Positions 38,644-48,500 of a stretch of DNA of 64,000 bases are shown here, one piece after another. A program made the translations under genes and the position numbers. The stretch's first letter is position 1, and every line of letters begins with the position of its first letter. The notes beneath the pieces were generated by a model that did no database searches, was not told the DNA's origin, and worked only from the letters and a program-made list of their open reading frames with translations. Source of the DNA: Desulfocapsa sp. (GTDB lineage Bacteria > Desulfobacterota > Desulfobulbia > Desulfobulbales > Desulfocapsaceae). The stretch lies in the NCBI GenBank assembly GCA_022712975.1, contig JAFLJO010000072.1:1294-65293 (forward strand), given 5' to 3'.

Positions 38644-40023
38644 ATGTTTCGTTCTGATCAAATAATGGCCACTGTTGAGATGGTTCAAAAAGAAAATCTC
38701 GATGTTCGAACTGTGACCATGGGAATAAATCTACTTGATTGTCGCAGGGGGAATGTAGAGGAGACCTGTAAATGTGTGGAAGAAAAAATTGCATCGTATG
38801 CTGGTAATTTTGTAGAAAAATGTAATCTGGTGGCAATGAAATACGGAATACCGGTGGTAAATAAACGTATTTCTGTAACACCTGCAGCATTTGTTGGTGC
38901 CGGCTTTACCAGTGATGAGTTTGTTATGCTCGCTAAAAGCCTTGATAAAGCAGCGCAACAGGCGGGAGTCGATATCTTAGGTGGTTACGCAGCACATGTT
39001 GAAAAGGGAATTACCGCAAGTGATCTGGCCTTTATTAAGTCAATCCCTGAGGCTCTGGCTGTAACGGAAAGACTGTGTGCTTCAATAAATGTCGGGTCAA
39101 GCCATAAGGGTATAAATATGGATGCGGTTGCCATGGTTGGACGAACGGTTAAAGATCTTGCAGCTCAAACTGCCGATAGTGGTGGCTTTGGTGCTGCGAA
39201 ATTTGTGGTGTTTTGTAATCAGCCGGGGGACAATCCTTTTATGGCTGGAGCTATCCATGGAGTTGAGGAGGCGGATGTCGTCTTAAATGTAGGAGTTTCA
39301 GGCCCTGGAGTGATTGCAAAATCGCTTAAAAGAATAATCGGGAAAAAAGGAAGAGAAAATCTCAAACTTGATGATATTGCAGAGGAAATTAAACAAATTA
39401 CCTTTCGGGTTACTCGTTGTGGCGAACTCATTGGCCGGCAGGTTTCAAAAGAGCTGGGAGTAGAGTTTGGAGTTGTCGACTTGTCTCTTGCACCTACTCC
39501 AAAGATTGGTGATTCGGTGGGAGAAATTCTTCAGATTTTAGGGGTGGATGATGTGGGTGCTCCTGGATCAACCGCAATTGTTGCTCTTTTAAATGATGCG
39601 GTGAAAAAAGGTGGAATTTTTGCTTCAAAGGCAGTCGGTGGTTTAAGTGGCGCTTTTATACCTGTGATGGAAGATGCGGTGCTCGCAGAAGCGGTGGGGA
39701 AGGGAGCGTTGACCATTGAAAAATTGGAAGCGATGACCTGTGTATGTTCTGTCGGCTTGGATATGGTGCCCATACCTGGTGATGTTGATGCTGCGACAAT
39801 TTCAGCTATTATAGCGGATGAAATGGCTATTGGGATGGTAAATAATAAAACCACTGCTGTTCGTCTCATACCAGTCCCTGGTAAGGGTGTAGGGGATATT
39901 GTGAGTTTTGGCGGGCTGTTTGGTGAGAGTCCTATTATGGAAGTCAGAAATGCTAATAAATCAGGGCGGTTTATCTCGTGGGGTGGCAGAATTCCTGCTC
40001 CTATTCATAGCTTTAAAAATTGA
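38644..40023 (+). CDS. UPF0210/DUF711 (PFL-like fold) protein
   Basis: 459 aa; N-terminus MFRSDQIMATVEMVQKENLDVRTVTMGI and the C-terminal end are typical of the UPF0210 family. Confidence 0.7.
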   Translation: MFRSDQIMATVEMVQKENLDVRTVTMGINLLDCRRGNVEETCKCVEEKIASYAGNFVEKCNLVAMKYGIPVVNKRISVTPAAFVGAGFTSDEFVMLAKSLDKAAQQAGVDILGGYAAHVEKGITASDLAFIKSIPEALAVTERLCASINVGSSHKGINMDAVAMVGRTVKDLAAQTADSGGFGAAKFVVFCNQPGDNPFMAGAIHGVEEADVVLNVGVSGPGVIAKSLKRIIGKKGRENLKLDDIAEEIKQITFRVTRCGELIGRQVSKELGVEFGVVDLSLAPTPKIGDSVGEILQILGVDDVGAPGSTAIVALLNDAVKKGGIFASKAVGGLSGAFIPVMEDAVLAEAVGKGALTIEKLEAMTCVCSVGLDMVPIPGDVDAATISAIIADEMAIGMVNNKTTAVRLIPVPGKGVGDIVSFGGLFGESPIMEVRNANKSGRFISWGGRIPAPIHSFKN

Positions 40024-40083
40024 TTGTGCAGGGTATAAAGATATAGGATTGTGGTGATAGGTTACAGGTAGTATAGCTAAGGC

Positions 40084-40125
40084 AAAAAAAAGACACACAA
40101 GCAAATTTGCTTATGTGTCTTTTTC
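40084..40125. terminator. bidirectional rho-independent terminator
   Basis: A8, then the AGACACACAAGC/GCTTATGTGTCT stem (11 of 12 bp), then T5. It serves the convergent UPF0210 gene and the tRNA genes. Confidence 0.8.
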
Positions 40126-40129
40126 CGTA

Positions 40130-40207
40130 TGGCGTCCCCAGTCGGATTTGAACCGGCGTTGCTGGGATGAAAACCCAGTGTCCTGGACCTGACTAGACGA
40201 TGGGGAC
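40130..40207 (-). tRNA. tRNA-Glu (anticodon UUC)
   Basis: The reverse complement GTCCCCATCGTCTAGTCAGG...CTGGG-TTTTCAT-CCCAG...GGTTCAAATCC...GGGGACGCCA folds as a cloverleaf. Confidence 0.9.
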
Positions 40208-40226
40208 AAAATACAATAAATATTTA

Positions 40227-40302
40227 TGGTGGGTCGTGTGCGACTCGAACGCACGACTCTCTGCTTAAAAGGCAGATACTCTACCGACTGAGTTAACGAC
40301 CC
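40227..40302 (-). tRNA. tRNA-Lys (anticodon UUU)
   Basis: The reverse complement GGGTCGTTAACTCAGTCGGTAGAG...TCTGC-CTTTTAA-GCAGA...GGTTCGAGTC...CGACCCACCA folds as a cloverleaf. Confidence 0.9.
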
Positions 40303-40514
40303 ATGAAGCAAGGTTATATACAATTTTGTTTTTCTTGTGTCAATAAAAAAACACACCTTTTTATATCATAAAGAGTGAAAGTGTGTCAAGCAAGCATTGG
40401 CAAGCTGGTGTAAGGACGCTAGATGAGCATTGAATAGAAAATATATGTACCATGATTCGGGAATAGGGTATGATCTTGTAGATGCACCAATTTTAAGATC
40501 CAATGGAGAAATAA

Positions 40515-41120
40515 ATGGGATTTATTAAAGGAACAGCAAGTTACGTCCGCTTTGGAGTTGAAGGCGATCTACCTGAAAACATATGGGATTTTATTGCTGA
40601 CAAGGTGGCAGCATTTGCCTTTAGAGATATTGATGAAACATATGAGGAGGATTCCCTGGGTTGGGTATCCGTCTTGAATATGTTTGATACTGAGTTTGAT
40701 TATGCGTCCTATGCGGCAGGAGATTTTGTAACGTTATCCATGCGGCTTGATGAACGCAAGGTTTCTTCTGTTATAGTGAAAAAATATGTACAGAAAGAAG
40801 AAGAGCGCATTAAAAAAGAAAAACAGATACCTAAGATATCCAGAAGTATGCGAGTGGAAATCAAGGAACGTATCCAGAATGAATTGATGCGTAAAGCCCT
40901 GCCGGTACCATCGGTTTTTGATTTGTGCTGGAATCTGGAAAACTCGACTCTTATCTTTTTTTCAACCAACAGAAAAGCTCAGGCCCTGCTGGAAGATCTG
41001 TTCAGGGAGAGTTTCGGACTCACCCTGATGCAGCAGATCCCCTATGTGTGCGGTGAGCATCTGCTTGAAGAAGAGGATGTGGAGCGTCTGGCCCGGATTA
41101 CACCGGATTATTTTGTATAG
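40515..41120 (+). CDS. RdgC-like recombination-associated protein (short form)
   Basis: The N-terminus MGFIKGTASYVRF and overall length resemble the about 200-aa RdgC-like proteins of delta-type proteobacteria. Recognised from memory only. Confidence 0.45.
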   Translation: MGFIKGTASYVRFGVEGDLPENIWDFIADKVAAFAFRDIDETYEEDSLGWVSVLNMFDTEFDYASYAAGDFVTLSMRLDERKVSSVIVKKYVQKEEERIKKEKQIPKISRSMRVEIKERIQNELMRKALPVPSVFDLCWNLENSTLIFFSTNRKAQALLEDLFRESFGLTLMQQIPYVCGEHLLEEEDVERLARITPDYFV

Positions 41121-41138
41121 GCAGGGAGATAAGGAAAA

Positions 41139-41681
41139 ATGGATTTAGTTGATCTTATAGCGGAAAAGCGTTTTATCGGTCAGGAGTTTCTGACCTGGCT
41201 CTGGTGGAAAAGTGAAGAACGGGGTGGAGTGGTGGCACTTCCGGGTGAAGGTGATATTGTTGTGGTGTTCGAAAAGCATATGCTCCTCGAATATGGCGAG
41301 GGAGACAACAACGAGAGTCTCATTTGCAGAGGATTGCAAACTGAACTTCAGGAAGCACGCACCGGACTTGTTATGGGGAAGAAATTGGAACAGGCACGAA
41401 TTCAGTTGACCTATAATGATTATGAGTGGAATTTTACCATGGCTGCTGCGCTCATGGAGTTTCGAAATGTGAAACTTCCGAAAACCGGAGGAGAGTCAGG
41501 AAATGAAAACAATCCGGAAGAGCGTGAAGGAATGATCCTCGAACGTATTTTTCTCTTTGAAGAGTTAACCCGTCTCGTTCTTGATCTTTTCCGACTCTTT
41601 TTGAAGATTCGGGTTGGTGATGAGTGGCGTGACGAGTTAGTAAAAATTCGTGAATGGGTAAATAAAGCAAAAAAAGATTAA
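41139..41681 (+). CDS. hypothetical protein, co-oriented partner of the RdgC-like gene
   Basis: 180-aa ORF with an AGGGAGA/AAGGAAA RBS region and the motif FLTWLWWKSE. No confident family assignment. Confidence 0.4.
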   Translation: MDLVDLIAEKRFIGQEFLTWLWWKSEERGGVVALPGEGDIVVVFEKHMLLEYGEGDNNESLICRGLQTELQEARTGLVMGKKLEQARIQLTYNDYEWNFTMAAALMEFRNVKLPKTGGESGNENNPEEREGMILERIFLFEELTRLVLDLFRLFLKIRVGDEWRDELVKIREWVNKAKKD

Positions 41682-41712
41682 TATTATACATTGAAACAAA
41701 TACGAGTGAATT

Positions 41713-43137
41713 ATGGAGTTTGAAACCGTAATCGGGCTGGAGATCCACGCCCAGTTAAAAACAAAATCAAAAATATTCTGTGGTTGTTCAACTGAGTTCG
41801 GAGCTCCTCCGAACACCCATACCTGCGAGATCTGTCTGGGGATGCCGGGGGTTTTACCGGTATTAAATAAAAAGGTTGTTGAATACTCAATCAAAATGGG
41901 ACTGGCCACGGATTCCACCATCAACACCTTCAATCAATTTGCCCGTAAAAATTATTTCTACCCTGATCTGCCTAAGGGCTACCAGACTTCACAGTTTGAC
42001 CTCCCCATTGTGGAGTTTGGCAAGGTTGCGATTGAAGTGGATGGAAAGCGACAGGTGATAGGAATCACCCGCATGCACATGGAGGAAGATGCGGGCAAAT
42101 TGGTTCATGATGACCGTGAGCCTGTTTCCTATGTTGATCTGAATCGTACCGGAATCCCATTGCTTGAAATTGTCTCGGAACCGGATATGCGTTCTCCTGA
42201 AGAGGCCTATGCCTATCTGCGAAAATTGCATGCAATTCTAAGATACCTTGCTATCTGTGACGGCAATATGCAGGAAGGAAGTTTTCGTTGTGATGCCAAT
42301 ATTTCACTCAGGCCGGTAGGCCAGGAGGAATTAGGAACCAGAACAGAACTCAAAAATATGAATTCCTTCAAAAACGTGCAGGCAGCACTTGAATATGAAG
42401 TGCGAAGGCAGCGTGATATTCTGCTTGATGGGGGAAAGGTCATACAGGAAACCCTGCTCTGGGATCCTGATCGCAACAGAACCGAGTCCATGCGCAGCAA
42501 AGAAGATGCTCATGATTACCGTTATTTCCCATGTCCTGATCTTATCCCCATTGTGATTGAAGAGGACTGGATAGAGGAGATCAGAAAGACTTTACCGGAA
42601 CTTCCAGATGCAAAAAAGGAACGGTTTAAATCGGAATTTGAACTCCCGGAATATGATGCGACTATTCTTACAGGGTCACGTGAATTAGCTGATTTTTTCG
42701 AAAACACGGTAAAGAGTGGTGCGAAGGCAAAGAAAGCTTCCAACTGGATCATGACAGAGCTTCTACGGGAATTGAAAGGGGCGGAAGTCACCACCTGCAA
42801 AGTGACTCCTCGGCAACTCGGTACATTACTTACGATGGTGGAAGAAGGAATCATTTCCGGTAAAATTGCAAAAACAGTTTTTCTGGAGATGATGGAGTTT
42901 GGGAAAGATCCGGCAGTGGTGGTTAAAGAAAAGAATCTTGTTCAGGTTTCTGACCTGGGAGAGCTGCTAGCCATTGTGCAGGAAATCATCGCCGCAAACC
43001 CCGGCCAGGCTGAAGATTTCAAAAACGGAAAGACCAAGCTAATGGGCTACTTTGTGGGGCAGCTTATGCAGAAAACAGAGGGCAAGGCAAATCCTAAAGT
43101 TGCCAATGAGTTGTTTAGTAGGGAGCTTGCCAAATAA
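41713..43137 (+). CDS. gatB: Asp-tRNA(Asn)/Glu-tRNA(Gln) amidotransferase subunit B
   Basis: [35 protein letters not shown] and NLVQVSD blocks. Confidence 0.95.
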   Translation: MEFETVIGLEIHAQLKTKSKIFCGCSTEFGAPPNTHTCEICLGMPGVLPVLNKKVVEYSIKMGLATDSTINTFNQFARKNYFYPDLPKGYQTSQFDLPIVEFGKVAIEVDGKRQVIGITRMHMEEDAGKLVHDDREPVSYVDLNRTGIPLLEIVSEPDMRSPEEAYAYLRKLHAILRYLAICDGNMQEGSFRCDANISLRPVGQEELGTRTELKNMNSFKNVQAALEYEVRRQRDILLDGGKVIQETLLWDPDRNRTESMRSKEDAHDYRYFPCPDLIPIVIEEDWIEEIRKTLPELPDAKKERFKSEFELPEYDATILTGSRELADFFENTVKSGAKAKKASNWIMTELLRELKGAEVTTCKVTPRQLGTLLTMVEEGIISGKIAKTVFLEMMEFGKDPAVVVKEKNLVQVSDLGELLAIVQEIIAANPGQAEDFKNGKTKLMGYFVGQLMQKTEGKANPKVANELFSRELAK

Positions 43138-43148
43138 AGCTTGGTTAA

Positions 43149-43889
43149 ATGGATAAAAAAGAGTGGCAGGAAAAAGGAGCAGGACATCGGCAACGACTTC
43201 GTGACCGTTTTCGGGAGCGAGGGCTTGAAGGGTTCCGTGATGCTGAGATCCTGGAACTTCTCCTTTCTTTCGGCACTCCCAGGTCTGATTGCAAGGAACC
43301 GGCAAAGGCAGCTCTCAAACAGTTTGGTTCATTGGCGGCAGTTCTTGAAGAGCCCCTCTCCGGGTTGCAGGAGATCAAGGGTATCGGCCCAAAAAATGGT
43401 TTTGCTGTTCACTTTATTCAAGCCGTAGCCAGACGTTATCTCAAAGATCGACTTCAGGGAAAGCGCTACCTTCACTCGTCAACAGATGTCCGCGATTATC
43501 TGCTTCATGCGTTGCGCGGATTGAAAAAAGAAGTTTTCACCGTTATCTATCTCGATTCCTCCCATGCTATTTTAGACACAGAGACTGTGGCTGAAGGCAC
43601 CATTAATGTGAACACCGTTTATCCGCGGGAACTTGTTAAAAAGGCACTACAACAAAATGCAGCAGCCATGATCATTGCCCACAATCATCCTTCCGGTTCA
43701 CTCGACCCATCTCCCCAAGACATTGAGCTCACAAGAACATTGTCGCTTTTGGGGAGCATGATGCAGATTCAACTCCTTGATCATATCATTATTGGTAACG
43801 GCAGTTTTTCCTTTGCAGATAATGGATTGATGACTGAAATCGGTAAACAGTGCCGTGAAACCATGGAATCCTTGCACAGCAGCGTATGA
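43149..43889 (+). CDS. radC: RadC-family JAB-domain protein
   Basis: GHRQRLR.RF, an HhH region GIGPK, and the JAMM motif HNHPSG. Confidence 0.85.
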   Translation: MDKKEWQEKGAGHRQRLRDRFRERGLEGFRDAEILELLLSFGTPRSDCKEPAKAALKQFGSLAAVLEEPLSGLQEIKGIGPKNGFAVHFIQAVARRYLKDRLQGKRYLHSSTDVRDYLLHALRGLKKEVFTVIYLDSSHAILDTETVAEGTINVNTVYPRELVKKALQQNAAAMIIAHNHPSGSLDPSPQDIELTRTLSLLGSMMQIQLLDHIIIGNGSFSFADNGLMTEIGKQCRETMESLHSSV

Positions 43890-45016
43890 CTTCTTCGCTG
43901 TACATCCATATTCCTTTTTGCGCCGCTAAGTGTAACTACTGTTCATTTAACTCCTGTGTGGGGCTTGAGAGCCTACAGGAGCGTTATGTTAAGGTAGTGT
44001 GCTCTGAGTTACTGCAAGGTTCTGCCAGATCAGAGCAGGAGGGGCTAACGACTGTTTTTTTGGGCGGAGGCACCCCGACATTGCTTTCCACAAGCCTTCT
44101 CAAGCAAATTCTTTCTATGTGTTTTTCCAGTTTTATCATTTCCAAAGATACAGAAATATCCATAGAGGCTAATCCCGGAACAGTGGACAGGGACAAATTG
44201 ACATCGCTTCTTGAAAACGGAGTGAATCGATTGTCCATAGGTGTTCAATCGTTCAATGACCAGGAATTAAAAACTATCGGGCGTATTCATTCAGCTTCAG
44301 AGGCAATAAAAATAGTGGAGACGGCAAAGGAAGTCGGGTTCAATAATCTCAGTCTCGATTTGATGTATGGCCTGCCCGGACAATCTGCAAAAAGCTGGCA
44401 AACAAGCCTTGAAGTTGCTGTGTCCTTGGGGGTGAAGCACCTTTCACTCTATCAATTGACGGTGGAGGAACAGACACCTCTTGAAAGCCTGATTCGAAGA
44501 GAGACGTTACAATTACCTGAAGACAACGAAATTGAAGTCATGGATGAGATAACCGCAGAATGCACAGCAGCAGCGGGATTTTCTCAATATGAGATTTCAA
44601 ATTATGCTCAACTTGGATACCAGTCCAGACATAATATGACCTATTGGGAAAACAGAGATTATTTCGGAGTTGGAGCAGGGGCAGTATCATGTATCAATGG
44701 AACTCGGAGAAAAAATATTGCAAATCCCGAACGATATTGTTGTTTACTGGAAACTGGACAATCAACAGTAATTGAAGAAGAAACACTGGAATTCGATGCC
44801 TCCTTCAGAGAAACAGTTATTATGGGGCTACGCCTGAACCGTGGGGTATCACTGCCTATACTGGAGAAGCGTTACGGAATTCTACTTGAGAAATATTATG
44901 GAAAGGTACTTCAGCAATTGTTTACAGATGGAATGCTTGAGAAAAAGGCCGGATTTCTTCGCTTAAGCGACAAAGGAAGACCTTTTGCCAATAGAGTTAT
45001 GGCTGAGCTGGTCTGA
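43886..45016 (+). CDS. hemW: radical SAM heme chaperone HemW (coproporphyrinogen III oxidase-like)
   Basis: LYIHIPFCAAKCNYCSF radical SAM motif, then GGGTP and RLSIGVQSF. Confidence 0.85.
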   Translation: MTSSLYIHIPFCAAKCNYCSFNSCVGLESLQERYVKVVCSELLQGSARSEQEGLTTVFLGGGTPTLLSTSLLKQILSMCFSSFIISKDTEISIEANPGTVDRDKLTSLLENGVNRLSIGVQSFNDQELKTIGRIHSASEAIKIVETAKEVGFNNLSLDLMYGLPGQSAKSWQTSLEVAVSLGVKHLSLYQLTVEEQTPLESLIRRETLQLPEDNEIEVMDEITAECTAAAGFSQYEISNYAQLGYQSRHNMTYWENRDYFGVGAGAVSCINGTRRKNIANPERYCCLLETGQSTVIEEETLEFDASFRETVIMGLRLNRGVSLPILEKRYGILLEKYYGKVLQQLFTDGMLEKKAGFLRLSDKGRPFANRVMAELV

Positions 45017-45060
45017 AAAATGACATAGACTATATTTATCAATAGCATAGGAATTTTCAT

Positions 45061-45090
45061 TTTTTGTTTTTGTTTTTGTTTTTGTTTTTA
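45061..45090. repeat. hexanucleotide microsatellite (TTTTTG)4 + TTTTTA
   Basis: Read directly. Confidence 0.9.
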
Positions 45091-45116
45091 TTGCAGTCTT
45101 TTAAGTATTTGATTAA

Positions 45117-45178
45117 GAACATGATGCCCTGCGGGCAAAAGATATTCGATATTAGGTATCAGGTATTCGGTAACTGAC
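45117..45178 (-). repeat. F1 dispersed repeat, truncated arm (box + 5 heptamers)
   Basis: GAACATGATGCCCTGCGGGCAAAA + GATATTC GATATTA GGTATCA GGTATTC GGTAACT GACC. Confidence 0.8.
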
Positions 45179-45244
45179 CACTCCGTCATGCTATACAAAA
45201 GTTATCTGTCCACATTGTGATAGCTGGTATCAAGCTTTATATTC

Positions 45245-45276
45245 GCAAGAAATATCTTCTCGTCGATATTTCTTGC
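45245..45276. repeat. perfect 12-bp-stem hairpin GCAAGAAATATC-(8)-GATATTTCTTGC
   Basis: Read directly; about 60 nt upstream of the 68-aa ORF. Confidence 0.7.
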
Positions 45277-45338
45277 CTTGGCACAGGGTGTACAAACTCC
45301 GGTGTTTATTCCTTTTTCATTTTTAAGTAAGGGTTAAA

Positions 45339-45545
45339 ATGTATCTTCCTGCTTTAGCAAGAGATTTGTATAAAAGTCAAAAAGAGGTGGAAGTTCTTGA
45401 ACAGCAGCTGCAGGATGCAGCCACTGTTGTGAAACAGGAAGAACTGAAGGAGCAGCTGCGTCAGGCTAAAGCTGAGCTTGAGCAGATTCGCAAGGTAATG
45501 GAGGGAAGGAAAGAGCAGTCAAGAGCCAGTTTCAACCATCCATAA
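45339..45545 (+). CDS. small coiled-coil protein, unknown function
   Basis: 68-aa ORF, highly charged and helical (EVEVLEQQLQD...ELKEQLRQAKAELEQIRK). Its 3' end overlaps the convergent activase gene by 14 nt. Confidence 0.4.
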   Translation: MYLPALARDLYKSQKEVEVLEQQLQDAATVVKQEELKEQLRQAKAELEQIRKVMEGRKEQSRASFNHP

Positions 45546-48500
45546 GCATTCTTTTATGCAGACGTTCCGCACGCAGGCAGAATGCTTCGAGTTTTGCAGT
45601 TATCAGTTGCGGGAAGGGCGAACCGTCACTTTCAATGGCAAGAAAAGGCAGGTCTTCAGTTTCCGCTAGAATGAAGCGAAGCCGCTTGTTTTCAGGGTCG
45701 GTTTTCATTTTTTCTTCCCGGTTCATTGTTTCATTGAGAATAGATTCAGCAAGGCGATTGGGCATGCAGCCAAATGGCCCGATGGCAATTACACCACAGG
45801 AATCGACGGCTATTTCCGACAAGGAGCTCCCTACCGTCAGAATGGCTTCTCCGGTCAGGTTCTCTGATATATAAGGCTTTCCATTATTAATAATTGACTT
45901 GATGTTAATCGGTTTAGAATGAACAAGACCTGACCGGGATAATATGGATTTGATATGTTTTTCGTCTTTTGCCATGAACTTCTTTCTGATGAAAAATAGT
46001 AGCTTTTCCATTTTTGTCATTTGATAGTCGGAGAGTCCTTTTTCAACAAGGTAGTCGGAGTAATGAATCCACTCACTGACCGGTGAGCAGATGGATGCAA
46101 AGCCCTTTTCAGCAAGGCGCTCGATTAAGAATTGGCGGGATAGGGGGTCTCTTCTGACGAATATTTCACCTGTCAATGAGATAACGGGAACTTCCCCCGA
46201 CGGACGCTTCACAGGGATTTCGCCAAGTCTGTCCGCTGTTTGTGCAAGCTGTTTTGCCAATTGGGAGAAATTCCCCCTTTCAAGTTTGCCAGATATCAGG
46301 GTCAGCTCTGTATCGAATGTCTGCATTGCTGAATCGGTATCAGTTGCGTTAGCAAGTATCATTGAGCGGATGTCTTCCATTACATCAGATATGATAATCG
46401 CCCAAAATGCCTTTCGTTCGAACCCTTTTTCCATTCCCATGTAAGAGTTTTCAGATGTCAGTGAAAGTAAAGCCACATCAGGAATTTCAAGCCTTTTTAT
46501 CAGATCTTCCATAAAAACGGAATACTGGCCAAAGCGGCAGGGACCGGAGCCTGTGGCCATAAAATAAACAAGAACTTCGTCTTTTTTTCTCTTATTTTGA
46601 ATGTAATTAAGCAAGGTTCCAGTTGTAAGAATCAACGGAAGACATTCCTTACATGAGGTATTACCACGACCAAGTTTTAGAATTTTTTCGTCTGAGGGCG
46701 CATGCCCTTTTGCATTAATGCCAAAGCCACAAAATACTGCTGTTAGTAATTCTGTGGCAATTTTCCCCATGGAGGGGAGAAGCATTGTTACTCTAGGGTC
46801 TGTGATCGCAAGTTCTTCTCCAGAGGATGTCATCACTTTTGCTACACCATCGTTGAGCGCAATTCGAGCGGACTGGAAAATTTGTTTTTTAAAAGGAATC
46901 TGTTTCTGGCTTACAAGTTGCCTGTATGCACAGGTGATGTCAAGAAAAGCTTCTATCCTGGTTTCAAGACCTGCGTCAGCTGTATGGCTGTCAAGCTCAA
47001 GAGTCAGGGAGGGCTTCCGACCCATAATTTTTCTGAAATATCCGATAACAAATGAATCCGGGCCACAGGAAAAGTTGGTAACAAAAGTGCCGAAAAGCTG
47101 GGGATGCTTTTTAACAAACCTGGCAGCTTTCAATATCTTCTGGCCCGTTCCCCAGTACATATGTCGCTTTGATTTTTCATCTTCAAATGAAAGAAAGTCG
47201 AAAGGTATGCAAAGAATGCCTCTTGAAGCAAGCTTTCGAGGAATTCCCATGTGTGCTTCTTGAACAAATCCGTTGTATGAACGACAGAATATCACAACTG
47301 CCTTTTTTTTCGGATCAGTTTCAAGCTCAAGAAGAGCTTTTTTTCCTATCTCCTTCATTTCAGCCAGGCACTTTGTTTGTTGTGCCAGCGCTTTTGCAAA
47401 AGCGATTTTTGCTGTTTTTCGACTCACACCCATTTTAGCAGCGGTTTCAAGCAGGGGTTTCTCTGCTTTTTCCAGCCCACTTTGAAGGTCAAGAAGGGGG
47501 GTTAAAAGCTTTGTTCCTTTTTTCTTTAGCTCTTCAAGTTCTTTGGAAAACGTTGTTTGAAGATAGAACGTTTCTCCCTGAACAAAAGGACAAACCTGCG
47601 ATTGGGAGCCTGTGTCACCGTTATCAACAGGAATCGATTTAAAATGGGGCAGGAAAAGAAAATCAACCGGGTGTTTCATTGTAAGAAGCGAGTGGAAAAA
47701 GCCGTGAGAAAGTTCAGCAGGATAGCAAAACGGTGCGTTTCGCAGATCAATTCCCTCCTGAGATGGATGATCGGCAATAACCGGTTCGAATCCCAGTTCT
47801 GTAAAAAAAGTAGAATAAAGAGGGTAATAGGTGTTGACGAGAAAACTCCTGTTGATTCCAATTGTTCCCTTGCAGGGGGTACCCTTTTCCGCTGTAAATT
47901 TTCCACCATATTTTCCAAATATCAGCTGCTGCCTGATTCGTACAAGATCGAGTTTCTCAATGCTGTAATTAACATCATGTCGCAAATTATAATATCGGTT
48001 ACAGGCTCCTCCGAAAGGATATTTCTTCCCTTCAAGCTCGATTACAGCTATTTCACATCGTAGGTCACATTTTTGTTTTGCTCCTTTACAGGTGAAAGGC
48101 TTTTTGTATAGTACTTCCCGATTGGCAAGAACTTGCAAATCGAAACACTTTTCTTCCATAAGACCGGTTTCAATTCTTTTGTTAACCTCCAGTGCAACAC
48201 CAAAGGCACCCATCAAACCTGGCATGGGCGGTACGATAATAGGTTTGCCCACGAGTGCAGCCATAGCGAGGGGCACTGCCTTGTTGTAGCAGACACCGCC
48301 TTGCATAAAGACTTTTTCCCCAACCGGACGGTTACCTTTAACCCGATTTGAATAGTTCATGCATATTGAGTAGACCAGACCGGCGACAATATCGTCATGC
48401 CGTGCACCTTCATGAATAGCGTTTTTAATATCAGAGGCAATAAAAGCGGCGCACTGGTCATTAAAATTCGGCGGGTTTTTTCCTTCCAGGGCTATTTGGG

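Noticed and set aside
40111-40356. 81-aa minus-strand ORF in the track
   Set aside because: It is entirely occupied by the tRNA-Glu and tRNA-Lys genes and their spacer, so it is an artefact of translating RNA genes.
45061-45178. Tandem repeats (hexamers, heptamers) as a CRISPR array
   Set aside because: The units are only 6-7 nt with no spacers. There are no 24-40-nt direct repeats and no cas genes anywhere in the window.
45268-45285. Sigma-54-like TGGCAC at cttGGCACagggtGTACa upstream of the 68-aa ORF
   Set aside because: The -12 position reads AC rather than GC/TTGC at the required spacing, and no enhancer-binding protein context is present.
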